A DNA stretch of 62,361 bases, the filler included, from Dugesia japonica (Eukaryota), in assembly GCA_001938525.1 (NCBI GenBank). It is 5 parts of 5 records of this genome, joined end to end, with 100 filler letters (N's around TTAATTAATTAA, not from the genome) between each part and the next. Parts side by side here need not be neighbours in the genome. Positions count along the whole stretch, not along the records: positions 8,648 to 20,577 come from MQRL01592264.1; positions 20,678 to 34,088 come from MQRL01605493.1; 3 more parts are not named here. One strand, 5' to 3'. The translations under genes were made by a program, and so were the position numbers. Shown here piece after piece: positions 12,065 through 24,951 of this stretch. The notes under the pieces were generated by a model that saw nothing but the letters and a program-made list of their open reading frames with translations, had not been told where the DNA came from and ran no database searches. The stretch's first letter is position 1, and each line of letters opens with the position of its first letter.

Positions 12065-12781
12065 ATTATCAAAAACAAAAAAATTTATGATCGACGCTTT
12101 TCTTTAAATAAACACAAATCTTGTTTAATTTTGTAATGTTTCAAATTGATATAATAAAAATCAAGGTTTCTTTTGTTATATTTAATCACATAACCCTTAA
12201 TTCAAATTTCCGATTTGGACATTCTATGATCAACAACATTTATAGTAGAAAAAGTCATAAATCACACACACACACACACAAGACTGTAAATTAAGTAGTG
12301 TAAAGTATTTAAGAGTATAAATGTACAATATTAAAAATTGCAAATCAAATAATTGTATAACAATATAATAATAAATACGAAAATATAATTTAACTTAATA
12401 CATTATTCTAATATTCACCATCAAATAGTTCTGAAAAAACCAATTTAAGAGTTAATAAAAACAAAAATTTTATTTTAAGTGGAAATTTTGAAAAATGCAT
12501 AGTTTTATAAGAATTTTTAATTAATATTGACTGTAATATTTTTTAATTGTTTTAATTGTAATATTGAGTTTTTTAAAAAGTTGTTTTGTCTTTTGTTTAT
12601 TTAGAATATTTTTATAAATTATTTTTGCTTAAACGATTTTTTTATATTTAATTATTTAGATTTTGGTAAAAAGTTTATTAATTATTATTTCAATTTCATA
12701 ATAATAATTTTAGTAATTATATTTCAGTCATAAAAAGTAATTTTAATATTTTTAAGTGTTAATCGCAATTAACAATTTTGT

Positions 12782-13340
12782 ATACTTGTCTTTTAATTCA
12801 TCTGAATTATTTTTAATTATTTTTTCTGAATTATCTTTGGTTCTTACTATTAATAAGTTAATATATTGATAAATATATTAATTTATAAAATGAATTTTTT
12901 GCAATTATCCACTGCGTGTTATGATAAAAGAAGTAGTCTACAGTTCCTTCAACAACATTGGATTGTGCATGAAATGTGTCGTTGTTCAAAAAATCATATA
13001 ATGACTTCATCGCTGACTAATCGCCATGGTCAATGTCAGCAAGATATGCCTGTTTGGCAAGGGACATGGTTATAAAGATCGCGATTATCATACAGGAAAA
13101 TAGTTTTATTCATTTATTGCTGGCCGAAAGAGTTCACCAGCATACGTTTCTGCGAAACTGGGCGTGAAATTTCCAAGACATTCGTCATAGACCAGAACAG
13201 CTATCTTCGAGAGGTGTGTGCCGATACGTATTGATATTGTAATTTTTTGGCCAAAAATAATTAATCAATTAATAGTAAGAACAAAAAATAATTCAGGAAA
13301 AATAATTAAAAATAATGCTGGTCAATTAAAAGAAAAGTAT
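12782..13340 (+). mobile_element. Internally deleted Merlin (IS1016/IS1595-related) DNA transposon with ~80-bp inverted repeats
   Basis: 12889-13234 reads LQFLQQH...CRC...GTWL*RSRLSYRKIVLFIYCW...VIDQNSYLREVC (Merlin transposase N-terminus; DDE domain missing). 12782-~12860 is an imperfect reverse complement of ~13260-13340. Confidence 0.8.
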
Positions 13341-13879
13341 CCGATTTTGTAACATTTTAAAAAAATCTGCTTAGGAATTTAAATAGAATAAATTTTTATT
13401 GATATAATTGTTAATCTTTTAGTTACATAATTTTTATATAAAATCTACTTTGGTCAGTACAAATCATCCGCGATCGAACTTTTCTAAAATTAAGGATAAG
13501 AGAAGTTTTTAATAAAATAATAATAAATATTGTAACTATAATCTTTTCAAGCTGTACACAATGTTTCACACAACATTTTTTATAATGTTGTACAAACGTA
13601 ATGAGTAACATAAATTCTAAGTATTTATGACCTCTGTTATTATATGGCACGGCTTCACAATTAAGTGAAATATTATGTAATTAATAATAATTAAAAAAAT
13701 TTTGAAACAAACTTAATTTCAGGGAAAAGATAAATTTCAGCATTTTTGCCAATAAAACTTTAATTAGTGTTTTTCTATTATTATACAATAAACTTCAGTT
13801 AATCCAGATAAAGCAAATATTGAAATCAAATAAATTCTTATTAAGTTGTGCAATTCACATGTTAAATTACTGTTTATCT

Positions 13880-15072
13880 GGGCAAATAGGAGTTATCAAA
13901 AATGAGTATCATTAGCCGTGTATCATTAACCATTGTTTATAATATGATTATAAATATATTTTGAAGTTGTTGAAAATTTTTCAAAGTTTATATGTTTAAT
14001 TCCATTACGAACAATAAATTGCGAACAAAATACATGTGAAGCACTTTGAATACATTGGATATCCAAGTTTTGAATACCTAGTCGAATTCACTCGGATTGT
14101 GGTAGTAATTTCGGTTCAGGTACATTTTAGAAATATTGCAATCAATTGGGAATCGTGAAAAAATTTTCATTTCCATGTTACCCTCAATAAAACGGATTAG
14201 TAGAAAGATTATTTAAAACCGCAAAATCTTTGATTAGCACAGTACTAGAAGACAGGCGAATTCAAAATTGGAGTACGGTGCAACCAATAATAGAATATGG
14301 ATTACGAACAACAACAAAAAAAACCGACTACGTACTCTTCGTATGAAATAGTATTTGAGCAGAAACCTAGAATCGATATGTGGAATCCTGGAAGGATGGA
14401 AATGAACATCACAAAGAATTCTGATCAATTTTTAGAATAATTAAAAAGAAATATTATGAATATNCATGGCCATGTAAGAAAAAATATAGAAGAACATAAT
14501 GAAGTTACAGCAGCTAAATATGTCAAATATCGATGAAGAAATGAAATTAAAATTGTTGATAAAGTTCTGATAAAAAACAATGCACATAATACTTTTAAAA
14601 GATGATATAATGGACCATTTAAAGTAATAAAGAAAATTAATGAATGAATTTACACTTTGCTTGATGAAAATCGAAACACATTAATTCAAAGAAATTACAA
14701 CCAAATCAAAATAATACTAAAGAACAAACTTTCCTACAAGTCATGGAGCACACAAATATCAGTAAGAAGTAAACAGAAAATAGCCTTACCAGTACAACCG
14801 GACCGACCATTTGAGAGAGATATCAGAAGACGTTATCCAGAAAGAATGACAAGGAATTCGAATCTTCAATATAGGTAAAGCAAAGAGAGGAATGTGATAT
14901 ATTTAAATTATAGTAATATTTAAATATATCGAAATTCAAATTATTGAATATTTAAAATTAAATATTCAAAATATTAAAATGAATTTAATTTGTTTTAATA
15001 TTGCAATTTTATTACAGATATAATTTTAACTTGTTAATGATTTTATTATTTAATATCCACTTATATATAACA
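13880..15072 (+). mobile_element. Gypsy LTR retrotransposon 3' remnant: integrase, polypurine tract and short 3' LTR
   Basis: FSKFICLIPL, IPSRIHSDCGSNF, PCYPQ*NGLVERLFKT, YNGPFKVI. PPT AAAGAGAGGAA (14882-14892) is followed by TGTGATATAT (14893); a matching inverted end ATATATAACA closes at 15072. Confidence 0.85.
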
Positions 15073-17149
15073 CTTAAATTAACCAAAGTTTATTGTATTT
15101 GATTATTTCTGGCATTACTATCATCTGTGAGTAATTAGTTTTTTATAAGGACATTTTTTCATATGCACCATGCATGCACATCTCATTTTATGGGGTCAAT
15201 TTTTGAAAATGGAAATTCAAAGGGAATATAAAACAACTATTATATTTTGTTAGCGATCGACCAAAAGTCCTTACGCTATCAACACCCTTGATTTATACTG
15301 TTCATAGTTGCTTTTTATAATTAAAATAATTTAATTATAAATATTCCGAAATAAGAAAATACTATTGATGAGATGTATGTTTCTTGCAATTTCTCCAAAT
15401 TTTCGACTATCGTATTCTTAAATAAAATGTAATTACAAATTAAACATTTAAACAAATTTTCAAACTTGATTTACAAAAATTCAAAATTGTTTTACAAATT
15501 TTCAAAATGTGGTTTCAAACACTTACAACCGATAAATCTATTTGAACATGTACTTGAGCATTGACAGAATTTTGATGAGAATCATATTTTCGATAGAAGG
15601 CACTATGATCTATGACTTGGCCACAATCACTTAAATTATCATTACCATTTTTCAGATATTCAGGGTTATTAACTAAAATGAGCTCTTTTAAAACAAGTTC
15701 TTGTTAAAATTTAAAATGAAATTGTGTAAATTTGCAAATAAATTTTACCACTATATGATTAAAAGTTATAGAGTACCTTTATACATGAACCTTCATAAAA
15801 TATTTTTATAAACATAACAAGTAATAAAAGATTTGGTTTCTTCACGAATAAATTCTTGAAAGGTTTCGTTTCACATAAGATTAGACACAATAGAAATACT
15901 AAACCTTATATCTTAAAGGTTAGTTCTTGAGTTAAATATTCATAGAAAATATAATTAACTATATTATTGCGTGAGAGTTTTCTCGTGACAATAGTGAGTG
16001 ACATTTAGGAAAATATACTACGAACAAAAATACTATGAAAAATATCTGATTTAGCAGTTGAAAGAGTTGATATTTCCAAAAAATCGGATATATTTATATT
16101 AGAAAATGTATATGTTTGACAGTAAACATAGACTTGTGTTGTTTTAAGTTTTTTTAAATTAAAATTCCTTTAAATGAGTTTCAAATGTATGAATTCGTAT
16201 TTGGCTATTTAATATTATTTGTTGGGTAAATTGTAAGTGGATGTATTAAATGAGGTATTATTGTAGTTTTAAAAAAATTTAACTGATTTAACTGACACTT
16301 CGTATATTCTTATTTTATAATACTCGATTTTTTCTAGGTTTTTAATTATTATTTGTATTTAAATTTATTATAAAATATAAATATTCTATTCAAAGATTTC
16401 ATTAAATTAAAATTTTGTTTTTTATTTATATATATTTCATTTTTTAGTTTTTAATAGTATTTTTAGAAATGAAATCTCAAATACTATCAATCGTTAAGTC
16501 CAACAATTATTCTCGCAATAATTCTTGTAATTGTAAAACTCTTTTTTAATATTAACTGCTAATAAAATTTTAAAAATTCAAGACTATAAATATTTTTTAA
16601 AACTTTAAAAACTAAAAAATCAAAAAATTTTCCTATTTTCAAATANNNNNNNNNNNNNNNNNAAATTTTAAAACCTAAAATAAAAAAAGTCACATTTTTT
16701 GAAGTTTTATTTAAGAATTAAAAACCTTTAAAATAAAAACACTTATAAAACACTTATAAAACATAAAAAAATTTAATACTAAAATGTATTTTATTAATTT
16801 AGTAGAAAGCGCTGATTGTCCATTAATACTTGTATTATGAAATCTAAACATTAAACAATACAACACTTTCTCCGAATAATTTTTAATTAATAATTATTTT
16901 TGAAAAAACTTTTAAAATTCGAATTTTATATTCGACATTTATATTTAAATTACTACCACTACCAAACCGATTGTGCTCTTGATCCCTTGTACAGAGATGA
17001 TAGGCAGTCTCTCCAAAGTTTTAATAAATAATTTTAAACATCATTTCAAAATATATTTTACTAATAATAATAATTTAAATTATGTAAACAAAAAGATTCC
17101 AAGTACAATACAATAAATAAATAAAACGTCCCAGATAATATAGATAAAT

Positions 17150-17330
17150 TCAGTTGTTTTAACAAATATGAGTGTAATGAGTGTAATGCCACATACATAG
17201 GAGAGACTTCCCATCATATATGTACAAAAATTCAGGAGCATCGTCGAGTTGATAGTGGAACAGACTAATACTTATTAATAATTTGAATGATTTCTTGCAG
17301 AAATATTTTGCAATAATTTTCAATAAAAGA
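17150..17330 (+). mobile_element. Penelope-like GIY-YIG endonuclease fragment (third copy)
   Basis: From 17161: NKYECNECNATYIGETSHHICTKIQEHRR. Confidence 0.88.
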
Positions 17331-17842
17331 AAAAAACACAAATATACAAACAATGACAATGTTATTAAATTAATTAATTAAATTTAGTTAAAAAATGTAA
17401 TTAACCTTTTCTGTTTTATATTAGTTATCCATCCGAATAATTTTATAATTTAATTCTAAGTAAATAATGGTTTTGTTTATTTTGTTTATATTTCGTACCA
17501 AAATTTATAGGGCACCGTACGTTTCTAAAAATCTTAAATTAAATAAAATTATTAAATAAATCTAAAATTCTTTAGCTTCATTGAAAAGTAAAAAATGATG
17601 TTTAAGAATAAAGAAAAAAATTATTTTCGTTAATTTTTTATAAATTATATATATTATAATATAATTTTTCTGTGTTTAAAATTGATTTTATTAATAATTT
17701 TTTTAATGAAAATATTATCAAATATTTTGTTTTAGAAATGTTCGATCTCTCAACGAAGAAAATATTTCTATTTACAACGTGGAACCGCTTTTCTAAAAGA
17801 ATGCAATTTTATTTATTAATAAATATTTTCTTAAATATCTTC

Positions 17843-17909
<67 letters not shown>

Positions 17910-18090
17910 NNNNNNNNNNNNNNNNNNNNNNNNNNNNNNNNNNNNNNNNNNNNNNNNNNNNNNNNNNNNNNNNNNNNNNNNNNNNNNNNNNNNNNNNNNN
18001 NNNNNNNNNNNNNNNNNNNNNNNNNNNNNNNNNNNNNNNNNNNNNNNNNNNNNNNNNNNNNNNNNNNNNAAGAAGAAGAAGAAGAAGAAG
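17843..18090. repeat. (AAT)n - gap - (AAG)n microsatellite
   Basis: Direct reading. Confidence 0.93.
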
Positions 18091-18179
18091 AATTATGAGG
18101 AAATAATTATTAATTATCAATCTCATCCAATAGAAATTGAGTTATCTGAATAATATTATTGAAATTCTTGTATTTCAAT

Positions 18180-20577
18180 ATTATTTATCTTATGAAACTT
18201 GTGTTGGAGTAGTAAAATAAAATAATTTCTAAAAATATTAATTGTGATTTGCAAAATGAATTAACAATTAAAGATTTACCTAACATGGTGGCAGCGGTAA
18301 ATACCGATTCCATTACAGAGAGGTTATTGCCAAAGATGTTCGTCAGACGAGATGATATAAAAACATCACCCATGTGAAACAACAGGAGAGATTNNNNNNN
18401 NNNNNNNNNNNNNNNNNNNNNNNNNNNNNNNNNNNNNNNNNNNNNNNNNNNNNNNNNNNNNNNNNNNNNNNNNNNNNNATGGAATTTGAGAAAGAAAAAG
18501 ATGTTATCAAAGATTTTCAAAATTTTATTAACAACAGGCGTGGAAAGGAAGAGATTTAAGTTTATTTTAAAAATGTAAAAGATTTAGTGGAAAGAATATT
18601 TACAAATAAAGATTTTACAAAGGCAAAAATGGTAGGAAGGAGGCTAATAACAAAAGAATTGAAGAATAAGTGACTTTGAGGAAANNNNNNNNNNNNNNNN
18701 NNNNNNNNNNNNNNNNNNNNNNNNNNNNNNNNNNNNNNNNNNNNNNNNNNNNNNNNNNNNNAGTTAGAAGTTACGCGAGAGTTACAAATCGAAATGATCA
18801 GAAACCAGTAAATCATACCGTAAATAGACATGTGGAGCAAAGAAAGGAAAAGCAAAATATTGAGTGTTGGTTATGTCATAAGATTGGTATTACTAAAGCA
18901 ACTTATCCGACCAAATAAGTGGTAGAGTTTTGGAATTGTCATAAAACCGACATATAAGTCGGGATTGTTCAAATAAAAACCAACAAAATGTTTAGGGTGT
19001 AAGAAGGTTGGCCATATTAGAAGGTTATGTCAAGAAGTGAGGTGTAAACAATGTGTTAATGTCTGACATAGACACAAACCTGAAAATGAAAAAAACAAGT
19101 GAAAAGTTTATGACTTCAGAAAGATCAAGAAACAGATATAATTGAGTACATGCGATTGAAGATGAAGATGTCAGTACAAACGATGGATATGAGGAAGTGT
19201 ATGAAAGTGATTCNGAAAAGCAATACCCAAAAGGCAGAACTTAACCAGTAAAGGAGTTGGTTGGAGCCATCCATTGTTAAATGAAGTTAGTAATTATCCT
19301 CAAAGAGTCAAAAAGTGGGATGATATCGGGAAAGTTACAGAAAAGGTATACAGGTTCTTAAAGAGGGAAAACTTTGCGGATGATAGAAAAGTAGAATGGG
19401 TTGTAACAGTTGAAGCAGAAAAGAAAACAAATATTTCGAACCATAAATTGCAAAGCAAACCAAGTGTTACGGTATCAATTCAAGGAAATAAAATAGAATG
19501 TCTATTAGATACAGGGGCTCGAATTATCGTGATGAGTTTGAGTTGTTTTAATAAATTAAGAGAAGTAAAGATAGAAATGAGTGATGAAAGATGGCGTTGT
19601 GCAAATAATTGTACACTTGAAATTGCTGGGAAAGTTAGAACCGGAGTGATAATTGATGAAGTTTGCAAAAAGATTACTTTTTTATTTGCTTAAAGAGTGA
19701 CATCAGATCTGATAGGGGGAATAGATATGCAGAAAACATTTGGATACCAGCTTATGCGAAAGGTCGATAGCAAAACGAATGAAAAAGTCAAAAAATTACA
19801 TTTGCAATATTGAAGCGAAATTTGGAAGACAAATTAAAACAGAAGAGCGATTGACAAGAATTAATCTAGAAAAGTGTCAGTTTCTTCAAAGCGAAATAAA
19901 GTTTCTTGGACACATAATTAGCAAGGATGGTGTTAGAGCTGTTCCGAATAAAATAGAAGCTATAAAAAAATTTGGTAAACCTAACTGTGTTAAGAAGTTA
20001 CGAAGTTTCTTGGTTATTTGTAATTATTACAGGAAGTTTATAGAAAACTACGCAAGAAAGTCAAAGATATTAGAGCAGTTGTGTAGCGGACCAAGCAACA
20101 AGAAATTAGAATAGACAAAAAAAATAAACGATACTTTTGAGGGTCTGAAAAAATCTCTAATGACTTCACAAATATTGTGTTTTCCGGACATAAACAAAAA
20201 ATTTATATAAGATTCAGATGCCAGTTTCGATACAATTGGAGCAGTATTCTCACAGAAAAATAAGAAAGGAAGAGAAAAAGTTGATGCCTATGGATCACAC
20301 TTAATGACGAGTCATGAAAAGAGATACGAAAGAAGTTATTGGCTGTGTTTTCTTTCTGCATGCATTACGTGTACGGTATAAGATTTACTCTTAGAACAGA
20401 TCATAAAGTTCTAACTTTCATGGTGACGAAAAAAAAACCAATTACGTCGCAATTCCAGGCATAGATTAATTATCTGAGCAGTTTAGATATGGCTTTGGAA
20501 TATAGAAAAAGAATTCAACATAATAATGCAGATATGTTATCTAGACCAAGATGTGAAGTATGTGTACAATGTCAAAT
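18180..20577 (+). mobile_element. Gypsy LTR retrotransposon 5' remnant: gag, protease, internally deleted RT, RNase H; 5' LTR start undefined
   Basis: Zn knuckles CWLCHKIG, WNCHKT/HISRDC, CLGCKKVGHIRRLC, CKQC; protease LLDTGA; RT thumb INLEKCQF...FLGHII...LRSFL..CNYYRKFI; RNase H DSDASFDTIGAV, RTDHK, NADMLSR. Confidence 0.93.
18286..18298 (+). promoter_or_regulatory. Primer-binding site complementary to the 3' end of tRNA-Leu
   Basis: LTR-like end TAACA directly followed by TGGTGGCAGCGGT, the complement of the tRNA-Leu(AAG/TAG) 3' end ...ACCGCUGCCACCA. Confidence 0.8.
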
Positions 20578-20677
20578 NNNNNNNNNNNNNNNNNNNNNNN
20601 NNNNNNNNNNNNNNNNNNNNNTTAATTAATTAANNNNNNNNNNNNNNNNNNNNNNNNNNNNNNNNNNNNNNNNNNNN
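20578..20677. other. Artificial scaffold-joining spacer
   Basis: 44 N + TTAATTAATTAA + 44 N. Confidence 0.97.
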
Positions 20678-21789
20678 TATATATATATAAATTTAGATAC
20701 ATACAGAATAACCAATCAAATTCGTTAATATTTTTGCAATGCAGGTATATAAAGCAAAACATTTTTAATTCGTTAATTATTTTTGAAAATAAGCAAAGAA
20801 TTATCTGAGAAACAAATAGAACTGTTGAAAGAAATGGAGATGTGCATTCGTAATGAATACAAGATGACGAATACAATAATACTAAATCAAATATTCCAAA
20901 AATTCTGAGTGACAAAATTAAAAAGATTTTTTAAACAAGTGTTAGGTAAACACGCCTACAACTCTGGATAGAGAGTATAATTTAAATCCGTTTAAAAATA
21001 TTGCTATATAATCATCAGTTGGAAAACACATTGGAAGTTGTTCTAATGAACTCATTGTTGAGAAGAGAAGAATGTTTAGAAAAACTCACATTTAACCTGG
21101 AAAATTTTGAAAAACTTGCAGTTTTTAATGAAAAAGATGTTAAAGTTTTTCCATCTCGTTTCTCCAACTGTCGCTAACGAAATTTATGAAAATGAAGAAA
21201 TTAAAGTACAGAACCGATTGAATCCTGACATTAGTCATGACTCAAAAAATGAGAAATGTGACTTTATTGATTATCAAGTTAAAAAGTCTAACATGTGCGT
21301 TAAGTATGGAACACAAATGTCAGATTGAAAGACGAAAGAATAGTAATATTTTTTTTGATTTTATTTTCAATATTTTTTTTTCTTTTAGATATTTAGTGTT
21401 TTACAAAGTTTTCATCACAACATTTAATTAATTTTGTTTAACCAGTTGAAATACAATGATCTTGTTATTATTAAAACACGTTATTTAATAAATCATGTAA
21501 AACAATGTGTTATTTATTATCATCTAATAAGATCATCTATATTTTTATTTTCTTCTATTAATTTTTTTTATTTCGATTATTTAAATTTTATTTAAGTTTA
21601 TAAAGAACCAATAAAATTTTTCAAAAAACATTTATTATATAACATCAAACAATAAACAGTTCTGTGCAATATGATTGCATTCAAATTTTCTGTTAAACCG
21701 AATTTCTATAAACTTGGATTTTCTGTTTAACTGGATAAAGCACAATTACTATGAAACAAACTACATGTCACTTATTGTATTGTAATAGT

Positions 21790-23950
21790 GACCATAGAGA
21801 ATACTTTTGTTTTTGCAAATCTAAACCCGTTTATCATCGTTGATAGATAATGCGAGTTTACTTGTCATAAAACTGTATAACTAATGGTTTTCTGTCCCTA
21901 TTCGAAATTGGGCAACAGAAACCTTTTCATTGTTATAGCAGTCTAGATATGATTGATGTTTTATATCCGTATTCTTAAGTGTTATGCATTTGCCTGTATG
22001 CTATCTTTTACACTAAGTAGGCTATAACACGTTGGTCTTAGAAATATTTATTCACGATATTCCTTCCGTTGAATTTACACAATTTAGCCTCAACTAGTAA
22101 AGGGAATCACTTTGGTTGTAATTTGAGGTTTCCAGCAATCCGTCTCTGACCATATTTTCCAACAAGCTCTACAATTTCAAATTTTTGACTTCCAAAAAGA
22201 AGCTGAGCGTGTCACTAGTGACTTGTGCCGTTTTCTTTTTGATATTTTTCCAGCTCGATATACTCCAGCTGATTCATTCGCAGTTTACTCAAGTCAAGTA
22301 CTGCTTGACCAATATAGCTTGTACGGTCCAAATATAAAATCTCTATGCTATTAATTCGTCATCAGTTTTTATTGTTCGCCTGAATGATGATTTTGAGGTC
22401 ATATGTTTTTTGGCAGAGTTATATAAACTCAGGTTTATCCTCTTCTTTAATTTTTCAACAGAATTTTCATACAAGCTTTTATTTGATAGCTTGTAATAGT
22501 TTTCTCCAATTCAGTTTTACTCTCGGATTTCAATATTGTGTTTACATCTAAATATTTCTAGAAAATGAAGCCCTGGGTAAATTTGATTTCTCTATATATC
22601 TTGGTTACTTGCACACCCAACATTAAATACATTTGGACTAATCTCTAAATGTATTATATAATTCTGTTTTGGGTGGTGCGTCAGCAATAAATTTTTGACT
22701 TTATTCTTTGGAACTGTTTGGTGTTTCGTATCAACAGGGAGATCGCTCAAATAGTAATGAATTTCATCCGGAATCACCATATCTACTTCCAGCGTATGGC
22801 TATACGGTAATGATTTCAAATATACTGATTCACATTCCAAAATCTGATCCAGTACTGTATGGATCCACTCAAAATCAGAGTAAGGCAATTTCTGGCTCAA
22901 TGCCCATCCGTATAAATTATTATTGTCAATGTACAACAACTCTGTATTTTCATAACTAACGAAATAATGTTTACTGACAAATATTAGAACCCCTCTGCTT
23001 CCACCTTCAAAGAAAGTGTGCATGTCGTTGTCAGTTAGCAACTCTATAGGTTCTTTTAAGATCATCAGTGCTGATGCCCAACTCAAACCTGGAATACCAA
23101 AGAAATTTAATTTTTCCAGCTTTATGTATGCTCGAAACGGTTGGAAAACGTTTGCAAGAAGAATAACATCCAATTTGAGGTAGACCATCATGTAATCCAC
23201 CAAGTTGTGACAGCTTGTGATTTCCCACATAGACACAGCATTCTCATATAATTCTTTCCTGACTTCTTCCCATATTGCTGGCAAACTCCTTGCATAATTG
23301 TATGGGAAAATCCCCCTTTGACTTTGTTATCCTACTATCTCTGAATTCATTTGTTGTCAAAGATGTGGCCTTTAACGATTTACTGCAGCGTCCAATAAAG
23401 AATTAATAAACTGATACGATGCAGTGAATCTTATTGCTGTTTTCTCACTGTGAACTATAAGTCACAAAACAATTTCACTAGTTGTTGAAATGCAGGATAT
23501 ATTCCTACTTGGAAATTTTCTGTAAATTTATTCTTCTGCTCAAATTTCTTTGGTTGCATGCTGCTCTCTTGAATTCTCCGGTAATGTGGTCATGGTCACG
23601 TACGGCGTTAACTTTCGAGTTTTTGGATAAATAACATGTTGTAGCCGCAGCACATGCAATTTCTTGAGCCCATGTAATTAAAATGTTATTTTTTCGATTA
23701 TAATTATAATATAGATACTCCACATTCTTTCCAATTTCCTCAACTGATGCCAAGAAATCAAGCACAATCATTACCAATAAACTGGCTGTATTTTGTTTAT
23801 TGGTAAAATTGTTGACTAGGAACATTTTAGCTTAAGCAGGCATAGGTTTCTGGAAATGTTTTTCATCCTTTGGTAATACTGATTAAAAATACACATATAT
23901 TACAAAGAGTGGAGTGATTGTTTTTGAATGCTCTTTGTGTCTTGGTTTTG
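21790..23950 (-). pseudogene. Protein-primed DNA polymerase B of a Polinton/Maverick, decayed
   Basis: VRDHDHITGEF..AACNQRNL (endonuclease VII-like Zn insert), KGIFPY, YLKLDVILLA, YIDNNNLYGWALSQKLP, YYKLSNKSLY, YIGQAVLDLSK, KLALSINDDKR. Confidence 0.93.
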
Positions 23951-24679
23951 AGTGCTACTATCCCTCTGCCAAAGAAATGACCAATCAGAGTCAGAAGCTG
24001 AAAATATAATCCAGGATGAAATATAGAAAAAGATTCTAGATCTTGAAGATGGTGATGATGAAGAGATCATGATCACACAAGTGGAACCAGCGACGTCAGA
24101 TTTGGAAGCACCAATTTAACCACAAAGATCGGGAAGCTTTAATACTAGCCAAGTGGTGTTGAATCCAAAGGACGATGATATATCGGTTAAATTAGACGAA
24201 ATTGCTGATGAGATAATTCCACCAACAGCAATNTTTGANGAAGTTAAAACGACGACAAACAATACAGATGATACANGAGATAATGAAATACATCAANGNG
24301 AAATGCGGGATGCCGAAACATGGATGGATAAAAAGCCAAAAGGTCGACAAAAGAAGCAACCATGAGTGCTACAACGAGGCGATAACCGACAAGAAACGAA
24401 TAGATGGCCGAATTATCATTGGAAATAATGGAAAAATGAGAACCGCAAAGTTTAGCGACAGAGAGACGAGTACAGCAAATATTACTAACATTGTTTCCAG
24501 AATTGAAAATGTGGATCGAAAGTTCAGTTTTATCAGCAGAGTGTAAACAATAAGCAAAGATATTAGAACCAATAATAGCAAAATTACCAATCACAAAACG
24601 AACAGATATTCGAGATCGAGAAGCAATGGAAGAAGCAGTACAAGGATTATTAACAAATATTACCGCCTAAAAAGCTTGA

Positions 24680-24890
24680 AAAATTTTCCCAACTAAAATG
24701 CCTGGAAAATTTAATACCAATTAATCCTTTAAAAATACAATCTCACCGATTAAATTAATCTAATGACATAATTTGTGTGCAAAAAATTTTCCCAACTAAA
24801 TACACAGGAAAAAAATATAATCAAATTAACTAATATTACCTAATATGATGCAATTTTCAAATTCCCAACTAAATGCATTAGGATTAAGTT
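24680..24890. repeat. Three degenerate direct repeats beginning (T)TTCCCAACTAAA
   Basis: Motif at ~24685, ~24788 and ~24862, each followed by related sequence. Confidence 0.55.
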
Positions 24891-24951
24891 GCATTACATC
24901 ACTAATCCGCAATATTGAATTAACCTAGTGGCCATGTAACAATCTGCCAGA

